Positions 55,418-64,000 of a stretch of 64,000 nt of DNA are shown here, in pieces. The stretch covers positions 9,699 to 73,698 of the forward strand of contig DAOVET010000001.1 in the NCBI GenBank assembly GCA_030668825.1, given 5' to 3'. This DNA is from Candidatus Heimdallarchaeota archaeon (GTDB lineage Archaea > Asgardarchaeota > Heimdallarchaeia > Heimdallarchaeales > Heimdallarchaeaceae). The position numbers were made by a program, and so were the translations under genes. The notes under the pieces are model-generated. The model was not told the DNA's origin, did no database searches, and worked only from the letters and a program-made list of their open reading frames with translations. Within the stretch, counting starts at the first letter, position 1, and each line of letters begins with the position of its first letter.

Positions 55418-55897
55418 CTAATCATCTATTTCTATTTCTTTTCTTAATTGATACAATGCGAGTGTTATTTCTCCTAAGCAACCCAGTTCATTCCCTTTAT
55501 CAAAGTAAACTGAAATGCCTTTATCTAGCTCTTGTTTAGTTAAACCAGGTTCAGATCCACCAAATATTAGCAAAATATTTTTTCCTTTATTATAAGAAGC
55601 AGCTATTTTTTCTGGATTAAAGATTTCTTTTGAAAAAGGTTGTTTGATAAAGAGATAAACCTCATCAGGTTGGCACAATTCAACAGAATCATCAATATCT
55701 TGCAAATATAGAAGGTTAGCTTTTTTTGAATGAACTAGCTTTTGTGCAACTGGTACTCCACTTGTTGCAGCAGTTCCTGATGCCTTAGAAAGGACTATAT
55801 CTCTTGCCCCTAATCCCAATGCTATTTTGACGAATTCTCTACAGTAATTAACACTACTGAAATTGTGTAATTGAACAATTATTTTCCCGGAGCTCAT
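55418..55897 (-). CDS. SPOUT-fold (DUF531-like) putative methyltransferase
   Basis: ~160 aa. The C-terminal LLIFGGSEPGLTKQELDKG...NELGCLGEITLALYQL resembles a trefoil-knot SAM site. Motif-level evidence only. Confidence 0.4.
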   Translation of the reverse strand: MSSGKIIVQLHNFSSVNYCREFVKIALGLGARDIVLSKASGTAATSGVPVAQKLVHSKKANLLYLQDIDDSVELCQPDEVYLFIKQPFSKEIFNPEKIAASYNKGKNILLIFGGSEPGLTKQELDKGISVYFDKGNELGCLGEITLALYQLRKEIEIDD

Positions 55898-55960
55898 TGT
55901 TTAGAGAAAATCGTGCCACTAAAAAAGGATAGCTATTCCTCTTTTAGTATTCTACGACAA

Positions 55961-55970
55961 TTTTTAAAAA
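55961..55970 (+). promoter_or_regulatory. candidate TATA box for tRNA-His
   Basis: TTTTTAAAAA lies 26-35 nt upstream of the tRNA 5' end, the usual archaeal spacing. Confidence 0.35.
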
Positions 55971-55995
55971 CAAAGATGTAAAATAAACATTAATT

Positions 55996-56070
55996 GCCCC
56001 GATAGTATAGCGGCTAGTATTGTGGATTGTGGCTCCATAGAGGCAGGTTCGAATCTTGCTCGGGGCACCA
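55996..56070 (+). tRNA. tRNA-His (anticodon GTG), CCA encoded
   Basis: Manual cloverleaf: acceptor GCCCCGA/TCGGGGC; D arm GTAT-AGCGGCTA-GTAT (two G-U pairs); anticodon arm GTGGA-TTGTGGC-TCCAT; 4-nt variable loop; T arm GCAGG-TTCGAAT-CTTGC; A73; CCA. Confidence 0.9.
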
Positions 56071-56072
56071 GC

Positions 56073-56081
56073 TTTTTTTTT
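56073..56081 (+). terminator. oligo-T archaeal terminator after tRNA-His
   Basis: A run of 9 T starts 3 nt after the CCA. Confidence 0.5.
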
Positions 56082-56125
56082 ATTAACTCTGTAGTAAATG
56101 AGGAAGATTTAAAGAAGAGTTATCA

Positions 56126-56620
56126 TTGATACAATATCAAGGTGAAAATATGCCGTGGGTTGATGAAGTCATCATGGGTGGAACTTTTGACCATCTTCAT
56201 CAAGGGCACAAGGCACTTTTGGAAGCCGCTTTAAGTTTTGGAAAATTAATCCGTATTGGTTTAACTAATGATAAATTTGCTAAGAGTCTTAGACGGTCTG
56301 ATCGAAATTTGGACTTAATGCAAACATTTGATATAAGAAAAAGAGAATTGCAAAAATATCTGGAAAAAAGAGGTTGTACAGATTTTGAAATTATTGAAAT
56401 TGATCATAGATATGGTTTCGCTTTGGATGCAAAAAATGCTGAAGGAATAGTAGTAACAGAAGAAACCTATCCAACGGCTGTTGATATCAATAAACTTAGA
56501 CCATTAAGTGGTATGGATCAATTACTAATTTTGGTGATTCCTTTTGTTTATGATGAACAAGGAATAATTATAAGCTCAAGAAGAATAAGACAACAACTAG
56601 CTGAAGTTAAAGAGAATTAG
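56126..56620 (+). CDS. coaD: phosphopantetheine adenylyltransferase, archaeal/eukaryotic type
   Basis: GGTFDHLHQGHKALL nucleotidyltransferase motif; ~155 aa. The likely true start is ATG 56149, preceded by GGTGA. Confidence 0.8.
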   Translation: MIQYQGENMPWVDEVIMGGTFDHLHQGHKALLEAALSFGKLIRIGLTNDKFAKSLRRSDRNLDLMQTFDIRKRELQKYLEKRGCTDFEIIEIDHRYGFALDAKNAEGIVVTEETYPTAVDINKLRPLSGMDQLLILVIPFVYDEQGIIISSRRIRQQLAEVKEN

Positions 56621-56640
56621 AAAAGTTTGTTTTGGAATTT

Positions 56641-57171
56641 TTAATCTCTAGCTTCAATTCCCTGAAGAATTTCCTCTCCCATTACAATAAATGCATTTCC
56701 AACATTGATTCCATTTTTAGCAGAAGTTTCAATAAAACCGATACATCCAGAATCTTTTGCGTACTTCTTACCTTCTTCTGTAGAAACATCTCGCAAATCT
56801 TCAAGATCATTTTTGTTACCTACAAGCATGAGCATAATTCGAGGACTCTCTGTTCTGGCTTCTCGAATCCAAGTATCCAGATTTTCAAAGGACTGGCGAC
56901 GAGTAATATCATAAGTTACTAATGCTCCTAAACTGCCTTTAAAGAAAATTTGACGCATTGATGCGAACCTATCTTGTCCAGCAATATCCCAAAGCTGCAA
57001 ACAAATTCGAGTATCTTTAATTGTCTCAAATCGGCTGTAGGGTTCCATTCCTATTGTCATGAGGTATCCTGACTGAAATTTATTATGAATGAATCTCTGG
57101 ACTAAACTTGTCTTCCCTACTGCACCGTCTCCTAGTAAAAGAATCTTGAATGTATACTTGTAGCTTGCCAT
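56641..57171 (-). CDS. Rab/Ras-like small GTPase
   Basis: G1 GDGAVGKTS, switch I YLMTIGME, G3 WDIAGQDRF, G4 GNKNDL, G5 ETSAK. Confidence 0.85.
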   Translation of the reverse strand: MASYKYTFKILLLGDGAVGKTSLVQRFIHNKFQSGYLMTIGMEPYSRFETIKDTRICLQLWDIAGQDRFASMRQIFFKGSLGALVTYDITRRQSFENLDTWIREARTESPRIMLMLVGNKNDLEDLRDVSTEEGKKYAKDSGCIGFIETSAKNGINVGNAFIVMGEEILQGIEARD

Positions 57172-57380
57172 TTACTATTCAAAAGACTCGATAACCTTAT
57201 TGTTTATAATTATTTTGATGTTTCCCGTCTTGTTCTTTGAAATAATAATCTAATAATTTAAATCAGTGCTGCATTCAACAGTAGAATCACGCATTTCTCA
57301 ACAATGATTAACAAGTTGATGTTTCATGTCACATTGAAGAAACTTTTTAACGCTTTGAATTTTTCTAATTTTAGTCCAAA

Positions 57381-59318
57381 ATGATAGACTCAAACAATCT
57401 AGATTTTAAAAAATTAGGCTTTCATGCGGGTTTGGAAGTTCACCATCATATAAAATCTAAACGTAAACTTTTTTGTAATTGTCCCACTATTCTTGAGGAA
57501 GATCCAGAAAATATGGAATACAGTTTTTATAGATATTTTCGACCAGTTCTTGGCGAGATGGGAGACTTCGACCCAGGTATGCTTGTAGAATTCGAAAAAG
57601 GGTACAAAGTAATTTATCTTGCTAATGAAAGAAATACTTGCACTTATGAAATGGATGAAACCCCTCCGTTTTTCCCCGATATGGAAGCTATTGAGAAGGG
57701 TTATATTCTCTCCGAATACTTCCATTGTACATCATTTGCTGAAGAAATTGTGGTAAATAGAAAACAGTATTTGGATGGTTCTATTACCACTGGATTTCAG
57801 AGAACTTTTATTTCCGCAAGAGATGGTTGGGTACCTGTAAATGGTAAGAAAGTTCGAATAACGAATTTGTATATTGAAGAAGATGCAGCACGCAGAGTTA
57901 ATTGGGATGATACTTCTAGTCGAACAGTGTACTTTAACCTAGATAGGTTGGGTTTTCCTCTAACTGAAGTAATTACAGAGTATACAGATGTTGAAACTCC
58001 CGAGGAATTGATAGAAACAGCAAAACAGATTGGACGAGTTTTAAGAATAAGTAAAATTGGACGAAGAGGTTTGGGTACAGCTCGACAAGATGTAAATATT
58101 AGTATTACTGGTGGAAACCGAGTTGAGATTAAGGGAGTTCAAGATTTAGATCTGTTTGATTTAATGTGTCGTAATGAAGTAGTAAGACAGCATACTCTGA
58201 TAGAAATAAAGGAGGAAATGCTTAAACGAGGAATTACTAAAGATGATTTCGAACACACATACGTTGATGTTTCTCATCTTTTCGAATCTGAAACTAAATA
58301 CTTTGCAGTTATTTGTCCAAAAATGAAAGGACTATTTGGACTCGAAGTTCAGCTTAACAAAGATTTTGGCTTGGAAATTTTTGAAAAAAGTATGTTAATA
58401 TCTGGTGTTCATAGAGCGGATCAATACCATAGTGATGAATTTGAGGATGAATCCATTAGAAGAAATTCAGATTATCCTAGTAAATTGGAAATCGACAAGC
58501 AACTCTATGAGAAACTATGTTCAATTCTAAATCCGAAGGAAAATGATGCATTTGTTGTTGTGAAAGGCTCAGAAAAACAATCTATGCACGCTTTAAAGAA
58601 AATTATAGAAAGAATAAAGATGGCACTGGATGGAGTTCCACAAGAAACCAGAAGATTTATTCGAAATGGTAACTCTGAATTTCTAAGAGTCATTCATGGA
58701 AAGGATAGAATCTACCCAGACACTGATACTCCCCCTGTTGTAATCTCTTTAGATAAAATTGAAAAGATAACTAGAAATATAGGAAGACGACCTTGGGAGG
58801 TTTTTGAGGAACTTAATTCAAAATATGGTTTCAGCCAAAATAAAGTTGATCTTCTCATTCGAGATGAGCAACTGGACAGTTTCTACAGATTTACTGCAGA
58901 GCTTAACATGAACGCTCATTTAGCTTATAAGCTTCTGATTGATATCCCAAGAGAAAATAGAAGAAAAGATGTTATTATCAATGAAGAAATAATAGAAAGA
59001 ATTGCAGATTTGTTAGCATCAGAGACTATTATACCCGAACAATTAGATCAAGTTATTTCGCTTCTCTCTAAAAACAAACATCTAACAGAAGAAGAACTAA
59101 TAGATCAACTAAATATCAAAGAAATATCAAATGAAGAATTGGCAACAATTGTTAAACAAAAAATAGATTTTATTGGAAAGGATAAAATACAAACATCAGA
59201 AGATGAACAAAGATATCTCCCAAAGATTGTTGCTCTAGTTTTAAAAGAATGTAACTATTCAATCAAAGGACAAACGGTAGTGAATCTTGTTAATTCATTC
59301 ATAAAGGAGGTAATCTAG
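57381..59318 (+). CDS. gatE: Glu-tRNA(Gln) amidotransferase subunit E
   Basis: GFHAGLEVHHHI..KLFCNCP start, GatB/E core, 645 aa. Followed directly by gatD. Confidence 0.92.
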   Translation: MIDSNNLDFKKLGFHAGLEVHHHIKSKRKLFCNCPTILEEDPENMEYSFYRYFRPVLGEMGDFDPGMLVEFEKGYKVIYLANERNTCTYEMDETPPFFPDMEAIEKGYILSEYFHCTSFAEEIVVNRKQYLDGSITTGFQRTFISARDGWVPVNGKKVRITNLYIEEDAARRVNWDDTSSRTVYFNLDRLGFPLTEVITEYTDVETPEELIETAKQIGRVLRISKIGRRGLGTARQDVNISITGGNRVEIKGVQDLDLFDLMCRNEVVRQHTLIEIKEEMLKRGITKDDFEHTYVDVSHLFESETKYFAVICPKMKGLFGLEVQLNKDFGLEIFEKSMLISGVHRADQYHSDEFEDESIRRNSDYPSKLEIDKQLYEKLCSILNPKENDAFVVVKGSEKQSMHALKKIIERIKMALDGVPQETRRFIRNGNSEFLRVIHGKDRIYPDTDTPPVVISLDKIEKITRNIGRRPWEVFEELNSKYGFSQNKVDLLIRDEQLDSFYRFTAELNMNAHLAYKLLIDIPRENRRKDVIINEEIIERIADLLASETIIPEQLDQVISLLSKNKHLTEEELIDQLNIKEISNEELATIVKQKIDFIGKDKIQTSEDEQRYLPKIVALVLKECNYSIKGQTVVNLVNSFIKEVI

Positions 59319-60710
59319 ATGGTAGAAGAAAATACTATTTATGATCCAGAGGGATATAGAGGAACCTTAAGAGAACGTTTGATTAAGGATAAAATCAGAA
59401 CTTGGAGCAAAGTTTCTGTGAAAAAGGGTGAGGCACATTACGAGGGACTTTTACTTCCTCGAAGCCAGCATACAGATGATGATTACGTTACACTTAAAGT
59501 AGATACTGGATACAATCTAGGTATATTAGTTGATGAGGAAACAGATATCCAAGAAATTGGTTATCAGAAAGGTCATTATAAGCTTCCTCACGTTGATGTA
59601 GAATTCAAGAAAGAACTTCCAAATGTTACTCTTCTAGGAACAGGTGGAACAGTTGCTTCAAGATTAGATTACCGCACTGGAGCAGTACTACCAGCTTTTA
59701 CTCCCGAAGAGTTATTTTCAGCGGTTCCAGAATTGACCTCTACCGTCAATCTGACTCCTAAAACTCTCTATCAGATTCTAAGTGAAAATTTCAGACCTGA
59801 ATATTGGGTTAAAACAGCAGAATCAATAGCTAAGGAAATAGAATCAGGAGCTAATGGTATAATCATTGGTCATGGAACTGATACAATGTGCGTCACTGGT
59901 TGTGCACTGGCTTATTTCTTAAGAAATCTACCAGTACCCGTTGTTCTTGTAGGTAGTCAAAGAAGTTCAGATCGACCATCATCCGATGGACCTAGAAATA
60001 TTCTCTACGCTGCACAACTAGCTGGTTATGAGAATTTTGCTGAAGTTGTCATATCAATGCATGGTACTCCTAGTGACAGTTATAATCTGGTTCATAGAGC
60101 CACTCGATGCAGAAAAATGCACTCAGCACGTCGTGATACCTTTCGAAGTTTGAGTGACATACCTTTAGGTAAAATAGATGATAGTGGTACTACCTGGTTC
60201 AAGGATGATATTAAAACTCGTTCAAATCCAGAAGATTTCTATCTTGATGCTAAGATTGATAGTCGAGTTGGAATGCTCTATTTTTATCCAGGCATGAATC
60301 CCGATCTTTTAGAATCTATGGTTGACTTAGGATATCATGGGGTTATAGTAATAGGTACTGGATTGGCACATGTAGGAACAGATGTTTATCCTGCCTTAGA
60401 GAGATGTAAAGAAGAAGAAATACCTGTAGTAATGGTAGTTGAACCATTGTATGGTTTTGCACAGTTACGTGTCTATGAGACAGGAAGAGATATGCTAGCA
60501 CGGGGAGTCATCGAAGGAGAAAATATGCTTCCATCAGCTGCATATACCAAATTAATCTGGGCACTTGGACATACTAGAAATCTTGAAGAAGTAAGAGACA
60601 TCATGCTTACTCCTATAGCCGGAGAAATAACAAATAGAGAAAGTCCTAGAGGTTTTATGATAATGCAAGGAATTGAACCAGGGATAGACCAGATACTGAA
60701 GAATCTTTAA
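59319..60710 (+). CDS. gatD: Glu-tRNA(Gln) amidotransferase subunit D
   Basis: Asparaginase-type motifs LGTGGTVASR and HGTDTM. TAG-ATG junction with gatE. Confidence 0.92.
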   Translation: MVEENTIYDPEGYRGTLRERLIKDKIRTWSKVSVKKGEAHYEGLLLPRSQHTDDDYVTLKVDTGYNLGILVDEETDIQEIGYQKGHYKLPHVDVEFKKELPNVTLLGTGGTVASRLDYRTGAVLPAFTPEELFSAVPELTSTVNLTPKTLYQILSENFRPEYWVKTAESIAKEIESGANGIIIGHGTDTMCVTGCALAYFLRNLPVPVVLVGSQRSSDRPSSDGPRNILYAAQLAGYENFAEVVISMHGTPSDSYNLVHRATRCRKMHSARRDTFRSLSDIPLGKIDDSGTTWFKDDIKTRSNPEDFYLDAKIDSRVGMLYFYPGMNPDLLESMVDLGYHGVIVIGTGLAHVGTDVYPALERCKEEEIPVVMVVEPLYGFAQLRVYETGRDMLARGVIEGENMLPSAAYTKLIWALGHTRNLEEVRDIMLTPIAGEITNRESPRGFMIMQGIEPGIDQILKNL

Positions 60711-60770
60711 TATCCCTTCCTTTTGTTATGTTCCAAAGCTTTTTAGATTTCAACAAAATCTGTCTTAACA

Positions 60771-62123
60771 ATGCTCATTAGCAACTACGATATACGGCTA
60801 TTTTACAGATGCCCAATGTTATTTTATCTAAGTAAGTTTGGTCCTGAGCAGGAAAAAGATGTACATCCCATTTTGGGAAGAAGTAGAGATAGATCTAAAC
60901 ATCATATAACCTCAGAAGAAGAAATAAGAGAAAAAGCTGAGCAAACAAAGGCAAGAATGATCCAAGGAAAATCTCAAATTAGTCAGGGCTGGATTCTAGC
61001 AGAAAATTTATCCTCCAGAATTGATCGTTTGAAAAAGATAGACTTGGAAGGTTCTTTTGGTTCGTATTCATATATCCCAATTCTATTAAGAAATGTAAAA
61101 TATTTAAGAAAACCAATAATTATGGAAGGAGTTTATGCTGCTTATGTTTGTTCACTCTTTCAAGAAGCTAAAATCGATTATTTTCAGATTTATAGAGATA
61201 ATGAATATGAAACTCATTCGACAGAGAATTTGATAGATGAATTAAAAGAAGATATAGATAAAATCAACAAAATACTTGCTGGTGAGTTAAAGATATCTCC
61301 AAATTATACAAGAAGTTGTAGAGTATGTGAATGGAGAAAGTATTGCAAAAAGCTTGTTGCTGATAGTTTGGATGTCACATTAATTAGTGGAATTGGAAAA
61401 CGTATTAAAAAGCAGCTACTTGATTATGGAATTACTGATGTTCCAAGTTTAGCTCAAGCAGATTTAACTGATTTAAAAATGGAAAATGTAAGTAAGAAAG
61501 AACTAGAATATCTTGTACTTCAGGCTCAATCGTTAGTAGATAAAAAAGAAAAAATAAGAGACAAAATTGTTTTTCCTTCTTCTTCCTACGAACTTTATGT
61601 AGATATAGAGGGGTCTTCTCATCATAACTTTGTTTGGATTATTGGTTGTCTGCTAAGGAAAGGAACTGAACATAGATACCTTCATTTCTTAGCTGAATCG
61701 CCACAAAAAGAGGAACAAATGTTTAGATCATTTTTGAAGTTTCTAGAAGAACTAGATGGTGATTTCACACTCTACCATTGGTCATTAGCTGAACCACAAT
61801 ACTTTCAGAATTTAGCATCTAAATACTCAATTAAATCAAAAAGGATAGCTGCCCTGATACACAGCTCCTTTGACTTATTTCCAGTTTTCAAGAATAAAAT
61901 AATACTTCCTGTATATACCTACACTTTGAAAGATGTTGCAAACTGGCTAGGTTTTGAATGGTTTGATCCACTAGTCGATGGAGCCACTAGTATAATACTT
62001 TTCGACAAATGGTATTTACATAATGACAGAGAAGCTCTGCATAAAGCTATCTCTTACAACTCTGACGATTGCAAGGCTTTACTCATTATCAAAGATTATC
62101 TGACCAAAAAAATCTCACAGTAA
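60771..62123 (+). CDS. RecB/Cas4-like nuclease fused to HhH and RNase H-like (DEDD-type) domains (TM0106-like architecture)
   Basis: Cys at YRCPMLFY plus CRVCEWRKYC (C...CX2CX5C, Cas4/AddB-type Fe-S pattern), HhH GIGKRIKKQLLDYGITDV, then YVDIEGSS and a C-terminal YNSDDC. Confidence 0.55.
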   Translation: MLISNYDIRLFYRCPMLFYLSKFGPEQEKDVHPILGRSRDRSKHHITSEEEIREKAEQTKARMIQGKSQISQGWILAENLSSRIDRLKKIDLEGSFGSYSYIPILLRNVKYLRKPIIMEGVYAAYVCSLFQEAKIDYFQIYRDNEYETHSTENLIDELKEDIDKINKILAGELKISPNYTRSCRVCEWRKYCKKLVADSLDVTLISGIGKRIKKQLLDYGITDVPSLAQADLTDLKMENVSKKELEYLVLQAQSLVDKKEKIRDKIVFPSSSYELYVDIEGSSHHNFVWIIGCLLRKGTEHRYLHFLAESPQKEEQMFRSFLKFLEELDGDFTLYHWSLAEPQYFQNLASKYSIKSKRIAALIHSSFDLFPVFKNKIILPVYTYTLKDVANWLGFEWFDPLVDGATSIILFDKWYLHNDREALHKAISYNSDDCKALLIIKDYLTKKISQ

Positions 62124-62142
62124 AAGGTTTCTTCTACGATAA

Positions 62143-62349
62143 CAGGAAAATTCAAAACATATCCGTTTCAAGGGTTCAAATAGAGAAAGAAGAGGCCAAA
62201 TACTCAAGTTTGTCCCTAAAAACAAAGAAGCATCACTTACAGATTTAAGAAAACTTCTAAGTACAAATAAAACTCATCTGGACGCAATTTTAGAGGAAAT
62301 GATTAAAGAGGGACTTCTAACCAAAACTAAAGGTAATTACTCTGTCTAG
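62143..62349 (+). pseudogene. winged-helix-like ORF remnant without a start codon
   Basis: The frame is open from the stop at 62140-62142 to TAG 62347-62349 and encodes ...RGQILKFVPKNKEASLTDLRKLLSTNKTHLDAILEEMIKEGLLTKTKGNYSV. No ATG/GTG/TTG occurs before the internal Met. Confidence 0.3.
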
Positions 62350-62408
62350 TGGGTAATTATTTCCTTTAGCAAAAACATATATTAGCTGGTAGATTAGAGT
62401 GATATGAA

Positions 62409-62936
62409 ATGAGAGCTTTATACTTAGGACGTTTTAATCCTCCTCATAAGGGACATATCTATTCATTAGAGTATATATTAAATCAGCCAGATATTGATGA
62501 AATAATCATCCTTATTGGAAGTGGAGAAAAAGCTTATTCACTAAAGAATCCTTTCACCGGTGGGGAGAGATATGAAATGGTTGTAACAATGGTCAAGGAA
62601 CATTTCAACTATGATCAATTCTTTATTTCTGCAATTCCAGATATTAATCGAAACACAATCTGGCCGGCGAATGTTATAGACCTAATTCCAAGTTTTGATG
62701 TAATCTTCACAAATAATTCTCTTGTTCAAGAGCTGTTTACAGACTTAAGTAACAAAGAAGTAAGAGAAATTCCTCTCAACAAAAGAGAAGAATTAAGTGG
62801 AAAAATTATAAGAGAAAAAATGATTAAGGGAGAGAACTGGCAGCAAGCCATTCCTGATGAACTTCTTCCACTTATTGAGAAATATCAAGGGATTAAGAGA
62901 ATTCAATCTTTGGCAACTAAAGATGAAATTAAATAA
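62409..62936 (+). CDS. nadM: nicotinamide-nucleotide adenylyltransferase, archaeal type
   Basis: RALYLGRFNPPHKGH motif; ~175 aa; SGKIIREKM near the C-terminus. Confidence 0.85.
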   Translation: MRALYLGRFNPPHKGHIYSLEYILNQPDIDEIIILIGSGEKAYSLKNPFTGGERYEMVVTMVKEHFNYDQFFISAIPDINRNTIWPANVIDLIPSFDVIFTNNSLVQELFTDLSNKEVREIPLNKREELSGKIIREKMIKGENWQQAIPDELLPLIEKYQGIKRIQSLATKDEIK

Positions 62937-62975
62937 TCACACAAATCTTTTATTCATTTTATCTAATGTTAATCT

Positions 62976-63590
62976 ATGAATGTAGATGATGCAATTCGTA
63001 ATAGAAGATCTATAAGAAAATACAAGGAAAAACCTCTTACAAAAGAACAAATAGTAGAAATCCTTGACGCAGGAAATAGAGCTCCCTCTGCAAAAAATCG
63101 TGTTCAGTGGAGATTTCATGTTTTTCAAGACGAAGCCAAAGCTAAATTGATACAAGTTTGTAGAGAAGGATTTGAAAAGCTTCCAAAGATACCCCTCATG
63201 GCTTCCGCAGCTAATTCTTATAATATTATGGAACAAGCTCCAGTAGTGATTCTTGTATTACAGACATGCGAATGGGGAGGAATCAGTGCAGAAATTCAGT
63301 CTGTATCAGCTGCAATACAGAATATGTTATTGAAAGCGCATAGTATGGGTTTGGGAACAGTCTGGATAAATGATGTTCTTTTTGTTGAGAATGCAATTCT
63401 CGATTTCCTTGATTTTGAAAAAGAGGAATCAGAGTTTAAGGAAATGCTTTTAGATTTTGGTCGAAAAACTGGTGAGGTAATAGGTTATTCAGGTCCACTG
63501 ATTGCAGCTATAGCCTTAGGGCATCCTAATGAAAATCCAAAACGAGATCCTAGAAAAACTGTAGAGGAAGTTACTATTTGGCATGAATAG
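62976..63590 (+). CDS. nitroreductase-family oxidoreductase
   Basis: RRSIRKYKEKPLTKEQIVEILDAGNRAPSAKN start and a C-terminal PRK-type tail. Confidence 0.8.
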   Translation: MNVDDAIRNRRSIRKYKEKPLTKEQIVEILDAGNRAPSAKNRVQWRFHVFQDEAKAKLIQVCREGFEKLPKIPLMASAANSYNIMEQAPVVILVLQTCEWGGISAEIQSVSAAIQNMLLKAHSMGLGTVWINDVLFVENAILDFLDFEKEESEFKEMLLDFGRKTGEVIGYSGPLIAAIALGHPNENPKRDPRKTVEEVTIWHE

Positions 63591-63630
63591 AAAAATTCAA
63601 GGTGATTATCGAATCACACTTGACAGTTTT

Positions 63631-64000
63631 CTACCAATTTCGTAAGACATCAATGATTAATCTAACAGCTGGACCTTTGCTACCTTTAGGATTGTAGTCT
63701 TTATCACCACTTTGTTCCATTGCACCTGCTATATCTAGATGAGCCCATGGAACATCCATAGTAAATTTACTTAGAAACCTTGCTGCTGTTATTGAGCCAC
63801 CAGGTCTTCCCCCTGTGTGTTTAAAGTCTGCTAGATCACTTTTTAGCTGTTCATCGTAATCTTCCCACAAGGGCATTCTCCAAATTTTATCACCACTAGA
63901 TTTGGAAGCTTCTTCTAGCTTATCAACTACGAAATCATGATTGGAAAAGTATCCTACTGCATGCTCACCTAAAGCTATCATCATCGCTCCAGTTAATGTT
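63631..64000 (-). CDS. pepA: leucyl aminopeptidase (M17), C-terminal part; gene continues past window end
   Basis: GDKIWRMPLWEDY..SDLADFKHTGGRPGGSITAARFL..WAHLDIAG..KGSKGPAVRLIIDVL. The reading frame stays open to position 64000. Confidence 0.85.
   Translation of the reverse strand, partial: TLTGAMMIALGEHAVGYFSNHDFVVDKLEEASKSSGDKIWRMPLWEDYDEQLKSDLADFKHTGGRPGGSITAARFLSKFTMDVPWAHLDIAGAMEQSGDKDYNPKGSKGPAVRLIIDVLRNW

Noticed and set aside
55995-56070. Alternative register for tRNA-His in which the first G is an encoded G-1 paired with C73
   Set aside because: Shifting by one removes U8, creates a T:C mismatch at 7:66 and leaves ACC rather than CCA after position 73. The register with G1:C72, A73 and CCA is fully canonical.
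56632-56922. + strand ORFs overlapping the Rab-like GTPase gene (56632-56922, 56705-56914), and the minus ORF 62937-63236 overlapping the nitroreductase gene
   Set aside because: The opposite-strand genes have complete, ordered family motifs (G1-G5; nitroreductase N-terminus). The overlapping ORFs have none.
1-64000. Search for CRISPR arrays, rRNA genes, additional tRNAs, inteins and integrase/recombinase genes
   Set aside because: No regularly spaced direct repeats were seen. No non-coding gap exceeds ~400 nt. No other cloverleaf-compatible T-arm (GGTTCGAAT-like) context was found. No ORF shows tyrosine- or serine-recombinase motifs. The scan was manual, so short or degenerate elements could have been missed.

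Overview
AT-rich, gene-dense archaeal chromosome segment. Nearly all long ORFs look real; the short antisense ORFs in the track look spurious. The archaeal core genes are ribosomal protein L44e, RNA polymerase subunit K/Rpo6, gatE-gatD, archaeal-type PPAT and NMNAT, tRNA-His, a class III signal-peptide pilin, a Sec11-type signal peptidase, SAH hydrolase and succinyl-CoA synthetase. Among them sit eukaryote-type small GTPases: one Arf-like, two intact Rab/Ras-like, and at least two decayed GTPase gene fragments. There is also a longin-like domain fusion. Together these suggest an Asgard (Loki-type) archaeon; this is inference only. Mobile DNA consists of two diverged TnpB-only IS200/IS605-type elements, one intact and one frameshifted, both lacking the usual zinc-finger cysteines. 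They bracket the first of two main candidates for something new: a giant Lhr-type helicase (1924 aa) with a ~1000-aa C-terminal extension carrying AlkZ/YcaQ-like modules, translationally coupled to a 781-aa protein made of two further such modules. The second candidate is a ~19 kb accessory stretch (about 34.4-53.4 kb) bounded by a Rab-like GTPase gene and a displaced copy of its 3' part. It holds a defence-island-like cluster (39.3-45.6 kb): a C-terminal TFB-type zinc-ribbon protein, a 4-TM protein in frame with a minimal HNH nuclease across one TAA codon, a stand-alone HsdR_N-like nuclease domain, and an OLD-family ATPase-Toprim nuclease preceded by two small genes. The stretch also carries many C-terminally anchored surface proteins. 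Other oddities: a Nop2/Sun-type RNA m5C methyltransferase homologue with the SAM loop and both catalytic Cys replaced; a circularly permuted family-5 solute-binding protein; a tRNA-His with A73 and no encoded G-1; and an FtsX permease pair with a huge repeat-built ectodomain and no ATPase gene nearby. No CRISPR array or rRNA was seen. All family calls come from motif reading by eye, with no searches run.
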